In this document: one piece after another, positions 1 to 9,110 of the stretch | How the letters are laid out: every line of letters starts with the position of its first letter | Numbering within the stretch: position 1 is the stretch's first letter | NCBI GenBank assembly: GCA_012521465.1 | Contig: JAAYMI010000011.1 | Coordinates: 1-58,053 of the forward strand | DNA length: 58,053 nt | Direction of reading: 5' to 3' | Source of the DNA: Bacillota bacterium | GTDB lineage: Bacteria; Bacillota; Limnochordia; Darwinibacteriales; Darwinibacteriaceae | Translations under genes and position numbers: made by a program | Notes under the pieces: generated by a model | Seen by the model: the letters and a program-made list of their open reading frames with translations, nothing else | What the model was told of the DNA's origin: nothing | Databases searched by the model: none

Positions 1-783
1 GCCGACGGCAAAACTGTCCCCAGCACCTGTGGGGTCTACCAACTCAACCGCAAGGGCCTTTTCATGCAGCACTTGCCCAGCTTCGTCCAAGGTGACAGCG
101 CCTTCGGCGCCAAGCGTGATTACTGGGTGGCAGCCAACCTCTCGAAAAAAGCCCATAGCCTCCTCCACCGAATCTGTACCAGAAAGCCCCACTGCTTCGA
201 TCTCATTGCAGAAAAGCAAATCAGCTCGCTGCAGCATTTCCCGCAGGGCAACCTGCTTCCCCCGATAGGCCTCAACGGTGGGCCAACCGCATGTCATGGA
301 AATCATGACCCCTTGGCGCTTGGCTTCATCAAGATAGTCGATGATCGCTGGATCAGTTACCAGATCGACATGCATGGACTTGACATCCCGGAAAGCGTCG
401 CCTCGGCGCTCTACCCATCTTGCCAACAGCTGTACTTCACTCAGATAGGCCCCCGCGTAACTCACGAACCTCCGGTCGCCCGCAAGCACCATTGCGGTGG
501 AATGGCTGGTAGTGGCCTGCTCCAGCTTCACCAGTCCTTCTGTGGATACCCCTTCTGCTTGCAGGCGCTCTTCTACAAACCTGCCGAAAAGATCACCACC
601 TACCGCCGATACGATCACAGGCGACAACCCGAGCCGCGCTAACCCGATGGCAGTAATGGCGAACCCTCCCACGGTCACCAGATGCCGATCACCGTAAACC
701 TCCTGTCCAGCCTCGGGTATGCAGGGCAAGCCGGCATAGATGGAATCCACAAACACCGGCCCAACTGCTAAGACTCTTGCCAT
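1..783 (-). CDS. PfkB-family carbohydrate kinase (3' end runs off the left edge of the window)
   Basis: Absent from the ORF track because no stop lies inside the window. I checked the reverse frame codon by codon: it is open from ATG at 783 down to base 1. Translation MARVLAVGPVFVDSIYAGLP...VDPTGAGDSFAVG carries the PfkB DPTGAGD signature. Confidence 0.8.
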   Translation of the reverse strand, partial: MARVLAVGPVFVDSIYAGLPCIPEAGQEVYGDRHLVTVGGFAITAIGLARLGLSPVIVSAVGGDLFGRFVEERLQAEGVSTEGLVKLEQATTSHSTAMVLAGDRRFVSYAGAYLSEVQLLARWVERRGDAFRDVKSMHVDLVTDPAIIDYLDEAKRQGVMISMTCGWPTVEAYRGKQVALREMLQRADLLFCNEIEAVGLSGTDSVEEAMGFFREVGCHPVITLGAEGAVTLDEAGQVLHEKALAVELVDPTGAGDSFAVG

Positions 784-787
784 GCTG

Positions 788-1531
788 TCACTCCTTGCTG
801 TCAATCACCAATTTCAAACTCCAACGGTCAACACGATAAATGTTTCGCGTCCACAAAACCACGTCACCGCGGGGATCGAAGTAGCGATCATCGATCCTCA
901 GGAGCGGATCGCCCTCCTCGACCTCCAGCAGCTCCGCAAGCTCACCATCAGCAGCCACAGCGGTAATCTCCACCTCGGACCAACTCAGGCGTAGGCCATG
1001 CCGCTCAAGATATGCAAATAAGCTTTCCCCCATCCGATCCAGGGTGAAGTCTTCTCCGATGGTTTCTGGCGGCAGCACATCGTAGGCCAGCATCAGCGGT
1101 TCGCCGTCGGCCGTACGCACCCGCTTCAGCACTCCGACGCGGCTCAGTTCCCGCCGAAAATCCTGCCTGTGTTTCGCCGTTGCCTCCACCCATTCAAACT
1201 GGGCCATTTTTGTTCCAGGTTCACAGCCAAACTTGCGGATGTATTGAGTATAGCTGGACACCCGCTCCATACCCGTGCCGATAGGAAGACGCGCGGCCTG
1301 TGTAATCCAGGTACCTACGCCCTGGACACGCCTAAGTAAGCCTTCCTTCTCCAGGGCACTAAGAGCCTCCCGCACAGTAGTGCGGCTCACTCCAAACATC
1401 TTGGCCAGCTGTTCCTCGGACGGTAGGCGATCCTTATCGTGAAAAATACCCGTCTGCATCTCTTCCCGCAGGCGCTTACTTACCATGATGTAAAGCGGCT
1501 CACGGGAACCCCGTATCCTCAGATCCTGCAT
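788..1531 (-). CDS. GntR/HutC-family transcriptional regulator (wHTH plus UTRA-like effector domain)
   Basis: ORF 788..1558. wHTH motif LPSEEQLAKMFGVSRTTVREALSALEKEGLL. Preferred start is ATG 1531 (MQDLRIRG...) with GGGAGG 6 nt upstream. The GTG at 1558 has no comparable site. Confidence 0.85.
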   Translation of the reverse strand: MQDLRIRGSREPLYIMVSKRLREEMQTGIFHDKDRLPSEEQLAKMFGVSRTTVREALSALEKEGLLRRVQGVGTWITQAARLPIGTGMERVSSYTQYIRKFGCEPGTKMAQFEWVEATAKHRQDFRRELSRVGVLKRVRTADGEPLMLAYDVLPPETIGEDFTLDRMGESLFAYLERHGLRLSWSEVEITAVAADGELAELLEVEEGDPLLRIDDRYFDPRGDVVLWTRNIYRVDRWSLKLVIDSKE

Positions 1532-1693
1532 CACAAACCTCCCATCGGGACGCCACACAGCGCCACCATGCTCTGCCCATCAGTCTACAGTCGTCTGATG
1601 AGTAGATCTATTCTGCATAAGGATCGATTTACCTGCATACAATCTCGTCATCGCAGGATATTCCCAGGGTTTGCCGAAGTAAACAAAAAGCCT

Positions 1694-2191
1694 ATGGGAG
1701 GGACCCTGTTGAAGAATCATTTCCGGACAGCCGTGTTGATCGCTGCCGCAGTGCTGGTAATAATGAGCGCTGCTGTTTTTGCCCAAGACCTTGATGCCGC
1801 TGATCCCAATGTCGAAGAACTCATCCAGCTTCTAGACGATGTTTCCAGGGTAATGAACACGTTGGTGCAGAACGGATTTACTATCGAACACCTTGAGCTG
1901 GACAGCATGGGACTGGATGAGAAATATCGCTCCTCCTATCCATTCTACGGCGGGCTGGAATACGCCGTGGTAGGAATAGGCGGACCGGCCATCAGCGACC
2001 TTGATGTCTACATTTTTGACGATGAAGCCGAACTGTTCATCAGCGATGCTGATGACAATCCGATTGCGGTTGTGACATTTACTGTTGAGGAATCTGTGCT
2101 CTACCACTCCGTCTTCCACACCTACAGTCTGGCCGCTGGCTACAGCGAAGATTCGCCCTACTATTTCGCCTTCATAATTGCAGCACGATAA
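1694..2191 (+). CDS. hypothetical small secreted protein (about 165 aa, cleavable signal peptide)
   Basis: Internal ATG of ORF 1439..2191. N-terminus MGGTLLKNHFRTAVLIAAAVLVIMSAAVFA/QD is a classic type-I signal peptide. I recognise no family for the mature part. Stop lies 9 nt before the next gene. Confidence 0.55.
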   Translation: MGGTLLKNHFRTAVLIAAAVLVIMSAAVFAQDLDAADPNVEELIQLLDDVSRVMNTLVQNGFTIEHLELDSMGLDEKYRSSYPFYGGLEYAVVGIGGPAISDLDVYIFDDEAELFISDADDNPIAVVTFTVEESVLYHSVFHTYSLAAGYSEDSPYYFAFIIAAR

Positions 2192-2200
2192 GAAAGGAAG

Positions 2201-3178
2201 ATGCGTATGCCGTTTCTGGGAGTAGATGGAGGTGGAACCAAGACCGCCTTCGCCCTGATTTCCAAGGAGGGTGACCTTCTGGCATCTGCTGTAATGGGCC
2301 CATCCCACCCGGATCAGATCGGGATGGACGGGGTGCACCAAACCCTTCAGGCAGGCGTTGCGGCAGTCTGCAGCCAAGCTGGGATCAGCACTTCCGCAAT
2401 CTCCTTCAGCTTCTGGGGACTGCCTGGTTTTGGGGAAAACCTCGACCATATTCCCGGGTTTGAGAGAGCGGTTGCAGACATTCTCCAACACAACAACTTC
2501 CGCCTAGGCAATGATGTAGAGGCGGGTTGGGCCGGCTCTCTAGCCTGCAGGCCTGGTGTGCATCTGGTGGCGGGGACAGGTGCCATCGGATTCGGCGCAG
2601 ACCACAAGGGCAATACGGCCCGCTGCAGTGGCTGGAGTGAGCTGTTTGGTGATGAAGGTTCAGCCTACTGGCTGGGAAGGCACCTCTTGGGCTTGTTCTC
2701 AAAACAATCTGATGGGCGCCTACCAAAAAGCCCGCTCTACCACATTGTGAAACAGAAACTGGGACTTGAGCGGGATCTGGATCTGTTGGCCCGGATGGAT
2801 CTATTGTCCAAACGGGATGAGGTTGCTGGTCTTGCGGTGCTTGTGTACGAAGCGGCAGAGCAGGGCGATGAGAATGCCGCGGCGCTGTACCGCGAGGCAG
2901 CATTTGAGCACAGTCTCACTGTCAAGTCTATTATCCAACAGCTGGAGTTCCCGCCCGACGAACTCATTTCCGTTTCCTACAGCGGCGGTGTGTTCAAATC
3001 TGGTGACTATGTCCTTGCGCCGCTGCGTGAATATCTGAATCCACTAAACGCTGCGCTAGTACAACCCAAGCTCAGCCCTGTCACGGGTGCTTGTCTCTAC
3101 GCCATGGTCCTGGCTGGGAACTCAGTAGATGATCAGCTAGTGGAGCGGCTGCAGGCGGCAGAAAAAGGGCTCGCCTGA
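2201..3178 (+). CDS. BadF/BadG/BcrA/BcrD-type ATPase, N-acetylglucosamine-kinase-like
   Basis: ORF 2201..3178. N-terminal phosphate-1 motif FLGVDGGGTKT and later LVAGTGAIG, typical of the eukaryotic-type GlcNAc kinase / BadF family. Ends with TGA. Confidence 0.75.
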   Translation: MRMPFLGVDGGGTKTAFALISKEGDLLASAVMGPSHPDQIGMDGVHQTLQAGVAAVCSQAGISTSAISFSFWGLPGFGENLDHIPGFERAVADILQHNNFRLGNDVEAGWAGSLACRPGVHLVAGTGAIGFGADHKGNTARCSGWSELFGDEGSAYWLGRHLLGLFSKQSDGRLPKSPLYHIVKQKLGLERDLDLLARMDLLSKRDEVAGLAVLVYEAAEQGDENAAALYREAAFEHSLTVKSIIQQLEFPPDELISVSYSGGVFKSGDYVLAPLREYLNPLNAALVQPKLSPVTGACLYAMVLAGNSVDDQLVERLQAAEKGLA

Positions 3179-3270
3179 GAGTTAGGTTGCGGCAATCGGA
3201 AGCGGCCTGGGGGTTGAGCATCGCTCTATGCCTATGGCTGTAACCGAACCCTAATCAGGTATACCTCAAA

Positions 3271-3308
3271 GGGATCCCCAGATGCGAGTATTTGGGGATC
3301 CCGTTTTG
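3271..3308. terminator. GC-rich hairpin between convergent genes (bidirectional terminator candidate)
   Basis: GGGATCCCCA (3271-3280) pairs with TGGGGATCCC (3293-3302), followed by GTTTTG on the plus strand. Sits between the stop of 2201..3178 (+) and the stop of 3338..4024 (-). Confidence 0.6.
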
Positions 3309-3337
3309 CCAATGAGCGGCAAGCCATGACAAATGGA

Positions 3338-4024
3338 CTATCTTTTCTTGCCGTGCAACAATGAGTGTCTGCCTGACATGCCAATCCTTCGTCGCAGGTC
3401 AAGCAATCGTTCCACCTCGGAATTGGGTAGTTCCTTGGCTCCACCCAAGACCTCTGTTATAAAGCAGAGTTCGGCATAGAACTCAAGACTTTCCATTTTG
3501 AAGTAAGCGGCGATAAGGTCTTCTCCCCAACACAGGGCTCCATGGTTTTGGAGCAAAACCACATCGTGTGTATCCAAGAACGGTTCTATTGAGTCTGCGA
3601 GTTCGGCGCTTGACGGCAAAGCGTATTTCGCTACGGGCACTTCCCCGAACGAAAGGGTTGCTTCGGGAATGATCTGCTTGGTAAGAGGACGTCCGACAAT
3701 CGCGTAGGCTGTTGCGTACTTGGGATGAGCATGTACAACAGCGTTTACGTCAGGTCTCCGCTTATAGACCTTTAGGTGTACCTTTATCTCTGAAGAAGGT
3801 CTGTAGATTCCATCTGATTTCAGAACGTTTCCTCCTAAGTCTACCTTACAGATCATATCGGGAGTCATAAACCCTTTGCTTACTCCGGTAGGAGTACACA
3901 AAATTTCGTTTTCGTTTATCTTGACGGTGAGGTTTCCATCGTTCGCAGCAATCATACCCCTGTCCCACACTCGCCGACCAATATCGCAAATCTGCTGGCG
4001 GATGAAGTGCTCATCAAAAGCCAT
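3338..4024 (-). CDS. class II aldolase/adducin-family protein (FucA / rhamnulose-1-P-aldolase-like)
   Basis: ORF 3338..4024. Motifs GNLTVKI, TPTGVSKG, NAVVHAHPKYATA and LLQNHGALCWG match the metal-dependent class II aldolase fold. Confidence 0.8.
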   Translation of the reverse strand: MAFDEHFIRQQICDIGRRVWDRGMIAANDGNLTVKINENEILCTPTGVSKGFMTPDMICKVDLGGNVLKSDGIYRPSSEIKVHLKVYKRRPDVNAVVHAHPKYATAYAIVGRPLTKQIIPEATLSFGEVPVAKYALPSSAELADSIEPFLDTHDVVLLQNHGALCWGEDLIAAYFKMESLEFYAELCFITEVLGGAKELPNSEVERLLDLRRRIGMSGRHSLLHGKKR

Positions 4025-4038
4025 AACAGTCCTCCTCG

Positions 4039-5118
4039 CTAATTCGGCCTGTATTCTTTCATCTCAAATGAACCCTCGACAATCTTCCTGCCCTCAGCGA
4101 CATCGTGAATACGGTTCAGTGCCTTCAGTTGCATTAGAATGTTGCCGACAGCCGAAGCTTCTACTGGACCAGTCATCACTGGTTTGCCCAGGGTATCTGC
4201 AGTCAGCTGGCATAAGAACGCATCTTGAATGCCACCGCCTACCATGTTCACACATTGTATCTTGCTGGCCAGCGTGTACTCAAGCCCCTCCACTGCGCGC
4301 TTATACTCCGAGACAATGCCATTATAGACAGCTCGGCTGATCTCGCCAATTGTGCGGAGTCTGATTCCAAAGGTATGTTCACAGAATCCAACAACTGCTT
4401 CCTCCATATCCAACGGTGCGATGAAAAAGTCGTGATTAGGATCTACTCCGAACTCGATATGGTCAGCGTCCCTGGCGGCAGCGCTGATCTCGGCATATCC
4501 AATGGTGCCATCCACTTGAGCCCATTTCTTCCTAAGCTGTTGAATAATCCAAAGACCGGGGATGTTCTTCAGATATCTTATGGTGGTGTCGACGCCACCT
4601 TCGTTTGTGAAGTTGCACTCAAAGGCATCGCGGTTGATCAGCGGCTGATCAAGTTCCACACCCAATAGGGACCACGTACCACAACTCAGATAGGCAGCGT
4701 GGCGGTTCTTCAGCGGTGTTGCGCACACTGCAGACGCTGTATCGTGAGTTCCCACAGCAAAAACAGGTATGTTGCCCAAACCGACTTCTTGTTGAACATC
4801 TTCGCTGAGCATCCCCCATAGCTTTCCGGGCATGATGATCGGCTGGAGTAATCTCAGCGGTATCCCTAACCGCTCAAGTAGCTCAACCGCCCACTCTCTG
4901 CGTCTGGAATCCAACATCATTGACGTTGACGCGATCGTATATTCATTGTACTTCTCACCGGTTAAGGCATAGGAAAACAGATCTGGCATAAAGAGCAGGG
5001 CATGGGCGTGCTCTACAAGAGGGGAGCGAAACCTAGTGTCATAGAACAGTTGAAACAAGGTGTTCACAGTCATAGACTGACTACCTGTAATGCTGTAAAT
5101 CTCATCGAGAGTGCCCCC
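4039..5118 (-). pseudogene. rhaB: rhamnulokinase-like FGGY kinase lacking roughly the first 130 codons
   Basis: ORF 4039..5073 begins MTVNTLFQLFYD, which aligns with E. coli RhaB around residue 132 (FNTLYQLRAL). The same frame is recognisably RhaB-like a little further upstream (LDEIYSITGSQS versus RDIYQRSGIQF) and then ends in stops. The FGGY N-terminal ATPase subdomain is missing. Confidence 0.7.
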
Positions 5119-5789
5119 ATACTACCCATTTTAAGCACAATGCTGTTGGCTTCGGTTTTCGCCTTCAGAAAGGCACACGCGGCCTTAGCTTCGTCTATTG
5201 AACGGGCCGGCATGCCAGTAAGTGCTTCGGTCTCCGTTTGATTAGGTGTCAGCACATCTACGCCGCGAAAAGTGCTCAGGTCACAGCTGGTCGCCGGTCC
5301 AGCATCGACGATCACTGGCAATCCCCATTTCTGGCTTTCACGAATGACGTAAGACACCGTTTGTAGTGGGATCTCCAATTGGAGCAGGACAGCACTGTAT
5401 TTGTCCGGGGCCAGGATCACCTCAAGATCCGCGATTTTCAAATCATCATTGGCTCCCTTATCCACTAGAATTCGGTTTTCACCATTGTCCTCAAGGAGAA
5501 TGATCGCCATGCCAGTGGACGCCCTAGTAGACATCAAGAGACATTCCACACTGACCCCGTACTCGCGGAGGGTGTGACGAAGAAATGTACCATTCTCATC
5601 ACTTCCAACCATTCCTATGTACTCCACCGGGCATCCGAGCTTGGCAACTGCCAGCGCTTGGTTGGCTCCTTTGCCGCCAAGGCGTTTTCTTATACGCTCA
5701 ACAACCATGCTTTCGCCAGCTTTAGGCATGCGTGGCATCCGTATGAAGTAATCGACATTTATGCTTCCAACTACCAAGATTGGCTTCAT
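5070..5789 (-). pseudogene. rbsK: ribokinase lacking roughly the last 70 codons (no DTxGAGD catalytic motif)
   Basis: ORF 5070..5789. MKPILVVGSINVDY...GGKGANQA is a canonical RbsK N-terminus with a good RBS (GGAGGG 8 nt upstream of ATG 5789). Homology stops at ...IVLKMGSMGAL, and the tail SMRFTALQVVSL is unrelated. Confidence 0.7.
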
Positions 5790-5994
5790 GTCATGACCCT
5801 CCTCATGCAGGACTTGATGGACTCTCCTAAACTACTTTCATAATACACGTCTACGACAGTCTGATAGAAGTAGTCATTTCTCGATAATTCACGAAAAGAA
5901 GAGTATGTAAACCGCAGAACCGCAATGGGGTTTGGAGAGAAGCGCCTCGGGGTGGCCATTGGTGACAGTGCCTGTGCATGGTCACTAATAATAC

Positions 5995-6019
5995 GGGGTA
6001 CCCCATGTCGGGGTACCCC
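5995..6019 (-). terminator. hairpin directly after the rpiB stop
   Basis: GGGGTACCCC-ATGTC-GGGGTACCCC. Each arm is self-complementary, so the two arms pair into a 10-bp stem with a 5-nt loop. Followed on the minus strand by GTATTATTAG. Confidence 0.55.
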
Positions 6020-6023
6020 TTGT

Positions 6024-6467
6024 CTATTTCTCTAGGCAGCTGATCATATCTACTCGAATCGCATGCCTGCCACCCTCGTATTCGGCGGAAAGCCATGCAT
6101 CCACGATCATTTTGGCCAGCTCAACGCCTATTACTCGCGATCCCAAAGCCAGCACATTTGTGTTATTGTGCTGCCTGGACAGCTGAGCCGAATAGGGTTC
6201 GCTGCACACTACGCAGCGAATTCCCTTCATCTTGTTGGCGGCGATGGACATCCCCACCCCAGTACCACAAAACAGCATGCCTAATTCGCACGCGCCTCCT
6301 ACAACTGCTTCCCCCACCTTCTTGGCATACTCCGGATAATGGACCCGCTCCGCAGTATAGCAGCCAACGTCAACGCATTCAATACCCTTCTCTGTAAGAT
6401 ACTGCTTCACCTGTTCTTTAAGTTCCAAACCTACATGATCGCTGCCTAGCGCAATGCGCATCTGCAT
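6024..6467 (-). CDS. rpiB: ribose-5-phosphate isomerase B / allose-6-phosphate isomerase (RpiB/LacAB family)
   Basis: ORF 6024..6467. MRIALGSDHVG, CGTGVGMSIAANK and ALGSRVIG motifs; size 147 aa. Confidence 0.9.
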   Translation of the reverse strand: MQMRIALGSDHVGLELKEQVKQYLTEKGIECVDVGCYTAERVHYPEYAKKVGEAVVGGACELGMLFCGTGVGMSIAANKMKGIRCVVCSEPYSAQLSRQHNNTNVLALGSRVIGVELAKMIVDAWLSAEYEGGRHAIRVDMISCLEK

Positions 6468-6472
6468 ACCTC

Positions 6473-7375
6473 CTACTCTATCTCGCCGCGAGCCGTATCA
6501 AAACAGTACATGGCTGCACCTAAGCAGCCTCCTAATTGGCCCGCTGTCGATCGCTTTATAGTCAGGTTTTCGGCCACCAGCGGATGCCTAAGGCGCGCCC
6601 GCACCTTTTTCTCCAGCTCCTCAAAGGGGAACCCCTGCATATCGGCAACTCCTCCGCCTACAATCACTACCGTCGGATCGAGGAGGGTAATCGCTGTCAC
6701 CATACCGATAGTGAGGTTATCCAGCCACTCCTGGACATCAGCCGCATGCGTGGGGTTAACAAAGAAGTCCGCCACATTCGTCTGGGCTTGGGCCGTTAGC
6801 TCTGTGATTCTCCGGCCCGCAGCATACAGCTCCAGACAGCCGTTATTTCCGCAGGCACAGGGATCATCCTTGCCCTTAACGGGAATATGCCCGAGCTCAC
6901 CCGCAAAACCCCGGGCGCCTGTGACCAGTCTGCCGCGGATCACAGAGGCAAAGCCCAGCCCTGTCCCCACATAAAACCCAAGCACGCTGCAGCTGGGCCC
7001 TGTGCTGAGAGCACGGTACTCACCATACAGAATGACGTTGACGTCCTTCTGCACATATACGGGCACACCAAATTTTGCCATGAGTGTTTCCCGCAGGTTT
7101 ATCCCAGTGATCGCTGGATCCAAGTTCGGGCAGGAAAGAATCTCACCAGCTTCGCTCACGATACCTGGAATTCCAATGCCGATAGCACCGATCTCTGGTT
7201 CAGCGCTGGCTGTGAACTCCCCGATCGCCTCGGAAAGATAGCTGACCAGTCCCCCCTCCGCCTCTTCCACCTTAATCCTGGAGGAGCGGATAACCTTCAG
7301 ATTCCTATCAATATGTGCGAGGCGAATGTTGGTACCGCCAATATCGATTCCGAGCACACTAGATAACTGCTGCAT
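6473..7375 (-). CDS. ROK-family sugar kinase, AlsK (allokinase)-like
   Basis: ORF 6473..7381. GIDIGGTNIR, AGELGHIPV and the zinc motif CACGNNGCLE. ATG 7375 is preferred over the TTG at 7381. Resembles E. coli AlsK around GELGHIP....CACGNxGCLE. Confidence 0.8.
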   Translation of the reverse strand: MQQLSSVLGIDIGGTNIRLAHIDRNLKVIRSSRIKVEEAEGGLVSYLSEAIGEFTASAEPEIGAIGIGIPGIVSEAGEILSCPNLDPAITGINLRETLMAKFGVPVYVQKDVNVILYGEYRALSTGPSCSVLGFYVGTGLGFASVIRGRLVTGARGFAGELGHIPVKGKDDPCACGNNGCLELYAAGRRITELTAQAQTNVADFFVNPTHAADVQEWLDNLTIGMVTAITLLDPTVVIVGGGVADMQGFPFEELEKKVRARLRHPLVAENLTIKRSTAGQLGGCLGAAMYCFDTARGEIE

Positions 7376-7381
7376 CACCAA

Positions 7382-8059
7382 TCACACCTTGCTGCTGTTT
7401 TTGAACGGTATAAAACTGCGGGCAACTGCAATTGCCTCTTCCAAAGTGGCGCCTAACGTGAATAATCCCGAACTCCCCAAGACAAAGCGTTCCGCACCGG
7501 CATCCATCAGGCGCTCGAACGTGCGTGGGTTCACGCTCCCGTCCACCTCTATCTCATATTTGTAACCCTGCTTTAGCTTGAGTTCCTTCAGCGCTGCAAT
7601 CTTGTCGAGCATCTCAGGAATAAACTTCTGGCCGGCAAATCCTGGATCGACGGTCATCACTGTCACAGATGCCAGGCGGCCCAGCACGTACTGCAGGCTG
7701 TCGATAGTCTCCATAGGGTTAAGTACCGCGCCCACCGCCACTCCCGCTTCCTCGGCTAGATTCATGAGTCGGAACATCTGGCGGCTTACCGTATCAATGT
7801 GTAAAGATATCTCACTAACTCCCAGCTCGATGAGGTGCTCAACATAATCCTGCGGCCGTGTTACCATCAGATGAGCATGGATAGGTTTGTGAATGACAGG
7901 AGACAGCGTTTTCAGCATATCCAAGTTCAGAGACAGGTTCGGCACATAGTTGCCATCCATGACATCCCAATGATAGGCATCAGTGAAGTCATTAAGCAGC
8001 TCGAACTGTCTGCCCATGTCTTTGTAGTCCATGCACATGACTGAAACAGATATTTTCAA
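7382..8059 (-). CDS. alsE: allulose-6-phosphate 3-epimerase-like (ribulose-phosphate 3-epimerase family)
   Basis: ORF 7382..8059. MKISVSVMCMD, HLMVTRPQDY, VMTVDPGFAGQKFIPEMLDK and YEIEVDGS match E. coli AlsE almost motif for motif. Confidence 0.8.
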   Translation of the reverse strand: MKISVSVMCMDYKDMGRQFELLNDFTDAYHWDVMDGNYVPNLSLNLDMLKTLSPVIHKPIHAHLMVTRPQDYVEHLIELGVSEISLHIDTVSRQMFRLMNLAEEAGVAVGAVLNPMETIDSLQYVLGRLASVTVMTVDPGFAGQKFIPEMLDKIAALKELKLKQGYKYEIEVDGSVNPRTFERLMDAGAERFVLGSSGLFTLGATLEEAIAVARSFIPFKNSSKV

Positions 8060-8270
8060 GTATGTTACCTCCCCTTCTTGCGCGCTGCAGGCCCGGCTGT
8101 GTTTCGCTCAATCAGCGCAACCGCCAGGTTCATGTTACTATCAACGGAGTGCCGGTGTCAAGGAAAGAAGCAGCTGATAGCGGCCTAGTCGGTGCTGCAG
8201 CGGGGCAAAAAAGCGACTCCAGCGCTGATGATCGCCAGAGTCGCTGCGTGTCTTTCGACCCGGTGCCTGC

Positions 8271-9110
8271 TTAACCTTTCGTGCCAGTCAAGGCAATGCC
8301 TTCTACGAACTGATTCTGGAGGACGATGAACATCGCGATCATAGGGGCAATAGCCATGAGAGAACCTGCCATCAGCAGCGGAAAGTCCGTCCCGTACTGA
8401 CCCTGCAGCGAAGACAAGCCTGCAGACAGGGGCATCTTCAAAGGCGAGCTGTTCACGATCAGCGGCCACATCAAGTCGTTCCAAGACCACAGCGCAGTGA
8501 AGATGGCCAGGGCTATCATGCCTGATTTTGCCAGAGGAGCGAAGATCTTGTAGTAGATCTGAAAATGGTTGCACCCGTCCAGGGTAGCTGCCTCTTCCAG
8601 CTCGGTAGGGAGCGACATGAAGAACTGCCTGAGCAAGAATGTCCCAAAAGAACTGGTCAGCCCCGGCACGGTCAGTGCCGTCAAGGTATTGAGCCACCCG
8701 AGGCGTGCCATCAGCAGGTAGCGAGGAATAATGTAGGCCTGCGACGGCACCATCAGCACTGAGAGAATCATGACAAACAAGAAGTCGCGCCCAGGAAAGC
8801 GAATGCGGGCAAAGGCGTAAGCTGCCATGGAGCAGAAGAAGACCTGCCCAGCGACCTTCATTACAGTAGTGGAAAACGTGTTCCAATAAAATCTCATAAA
8901 GGGAAAGGACGTGAAAACACGCTGGTAGTTCTGCCAGCGGAGCTGAGCCGGAATGATTACCGGCGGTACCCGCGTTGACTCGCCCAAACTCATGAAAGAG
9001 GTCAGGATCATCCAGATAAACGGGCCCACCATGAGCAAAGCACCAACAATCAGGATGATATGCACAATCAGCTTCCCAGTCGATCTCTTCTGAGAGCGCT
9101 CCTTACTCAT
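8271..9110 (-). CDS. CUT1 carbohydrate ABC transporter permease (MalG-like)
   Basis: ORF 8271..9110. Six hydrophobic segments and the EAA loop LEEAATLDGCNHFQIYYKIFAPL. Confidence 0.85.
   Translation of the reverse strand: MSKERSQKRSTGKLIVHIILIVGALLMVGPFIWMILTSFMSLGESTRVPPVIIPAQLRWQNYQRVFTSFPFMRFYWNTFSTTVMKVAGQVFFCSMAAYAFARIRFPGRDFLFVMILSVLMVPSQAYIIPRYLLMARLGWLNTLTALTVPGLTSSFGTFLLRQFFMSLPTELEEAATLDGCNHFQIYYKIFAPLAKSGMIALAIFTALWSWNDLMWPLIVNSSPLKMPLSAGLSSLQGQYGTDFPLLMAGSLMAIAPMIAMFIVLQNQFVEGIALTGTKG

Noticed and set aside
64-642. 192-aa plus-strand ORF at the left edge (and 29..268, 497..697)
   Set aside because: It is antisense to an uninterrupted PfkB-kinase reading frame on the minus strand (1..783) that carries the DPTGAGD signature. 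The plus-strand product has no recognisable motif, so I treat it as a shadow ORF.
3271-6019. Restriction-site-like palindromes (GGATCC, GGTACC) repeated in hairpins at 3271-3302, 5995-6019 and 44789-44810 as a dispersed repeat family
   Set aside because: The arms differ in sequence outside the 6-nt cores. Each sits exactly at a gene end, so they are adequately explained as independent GC-rich terminator stems.
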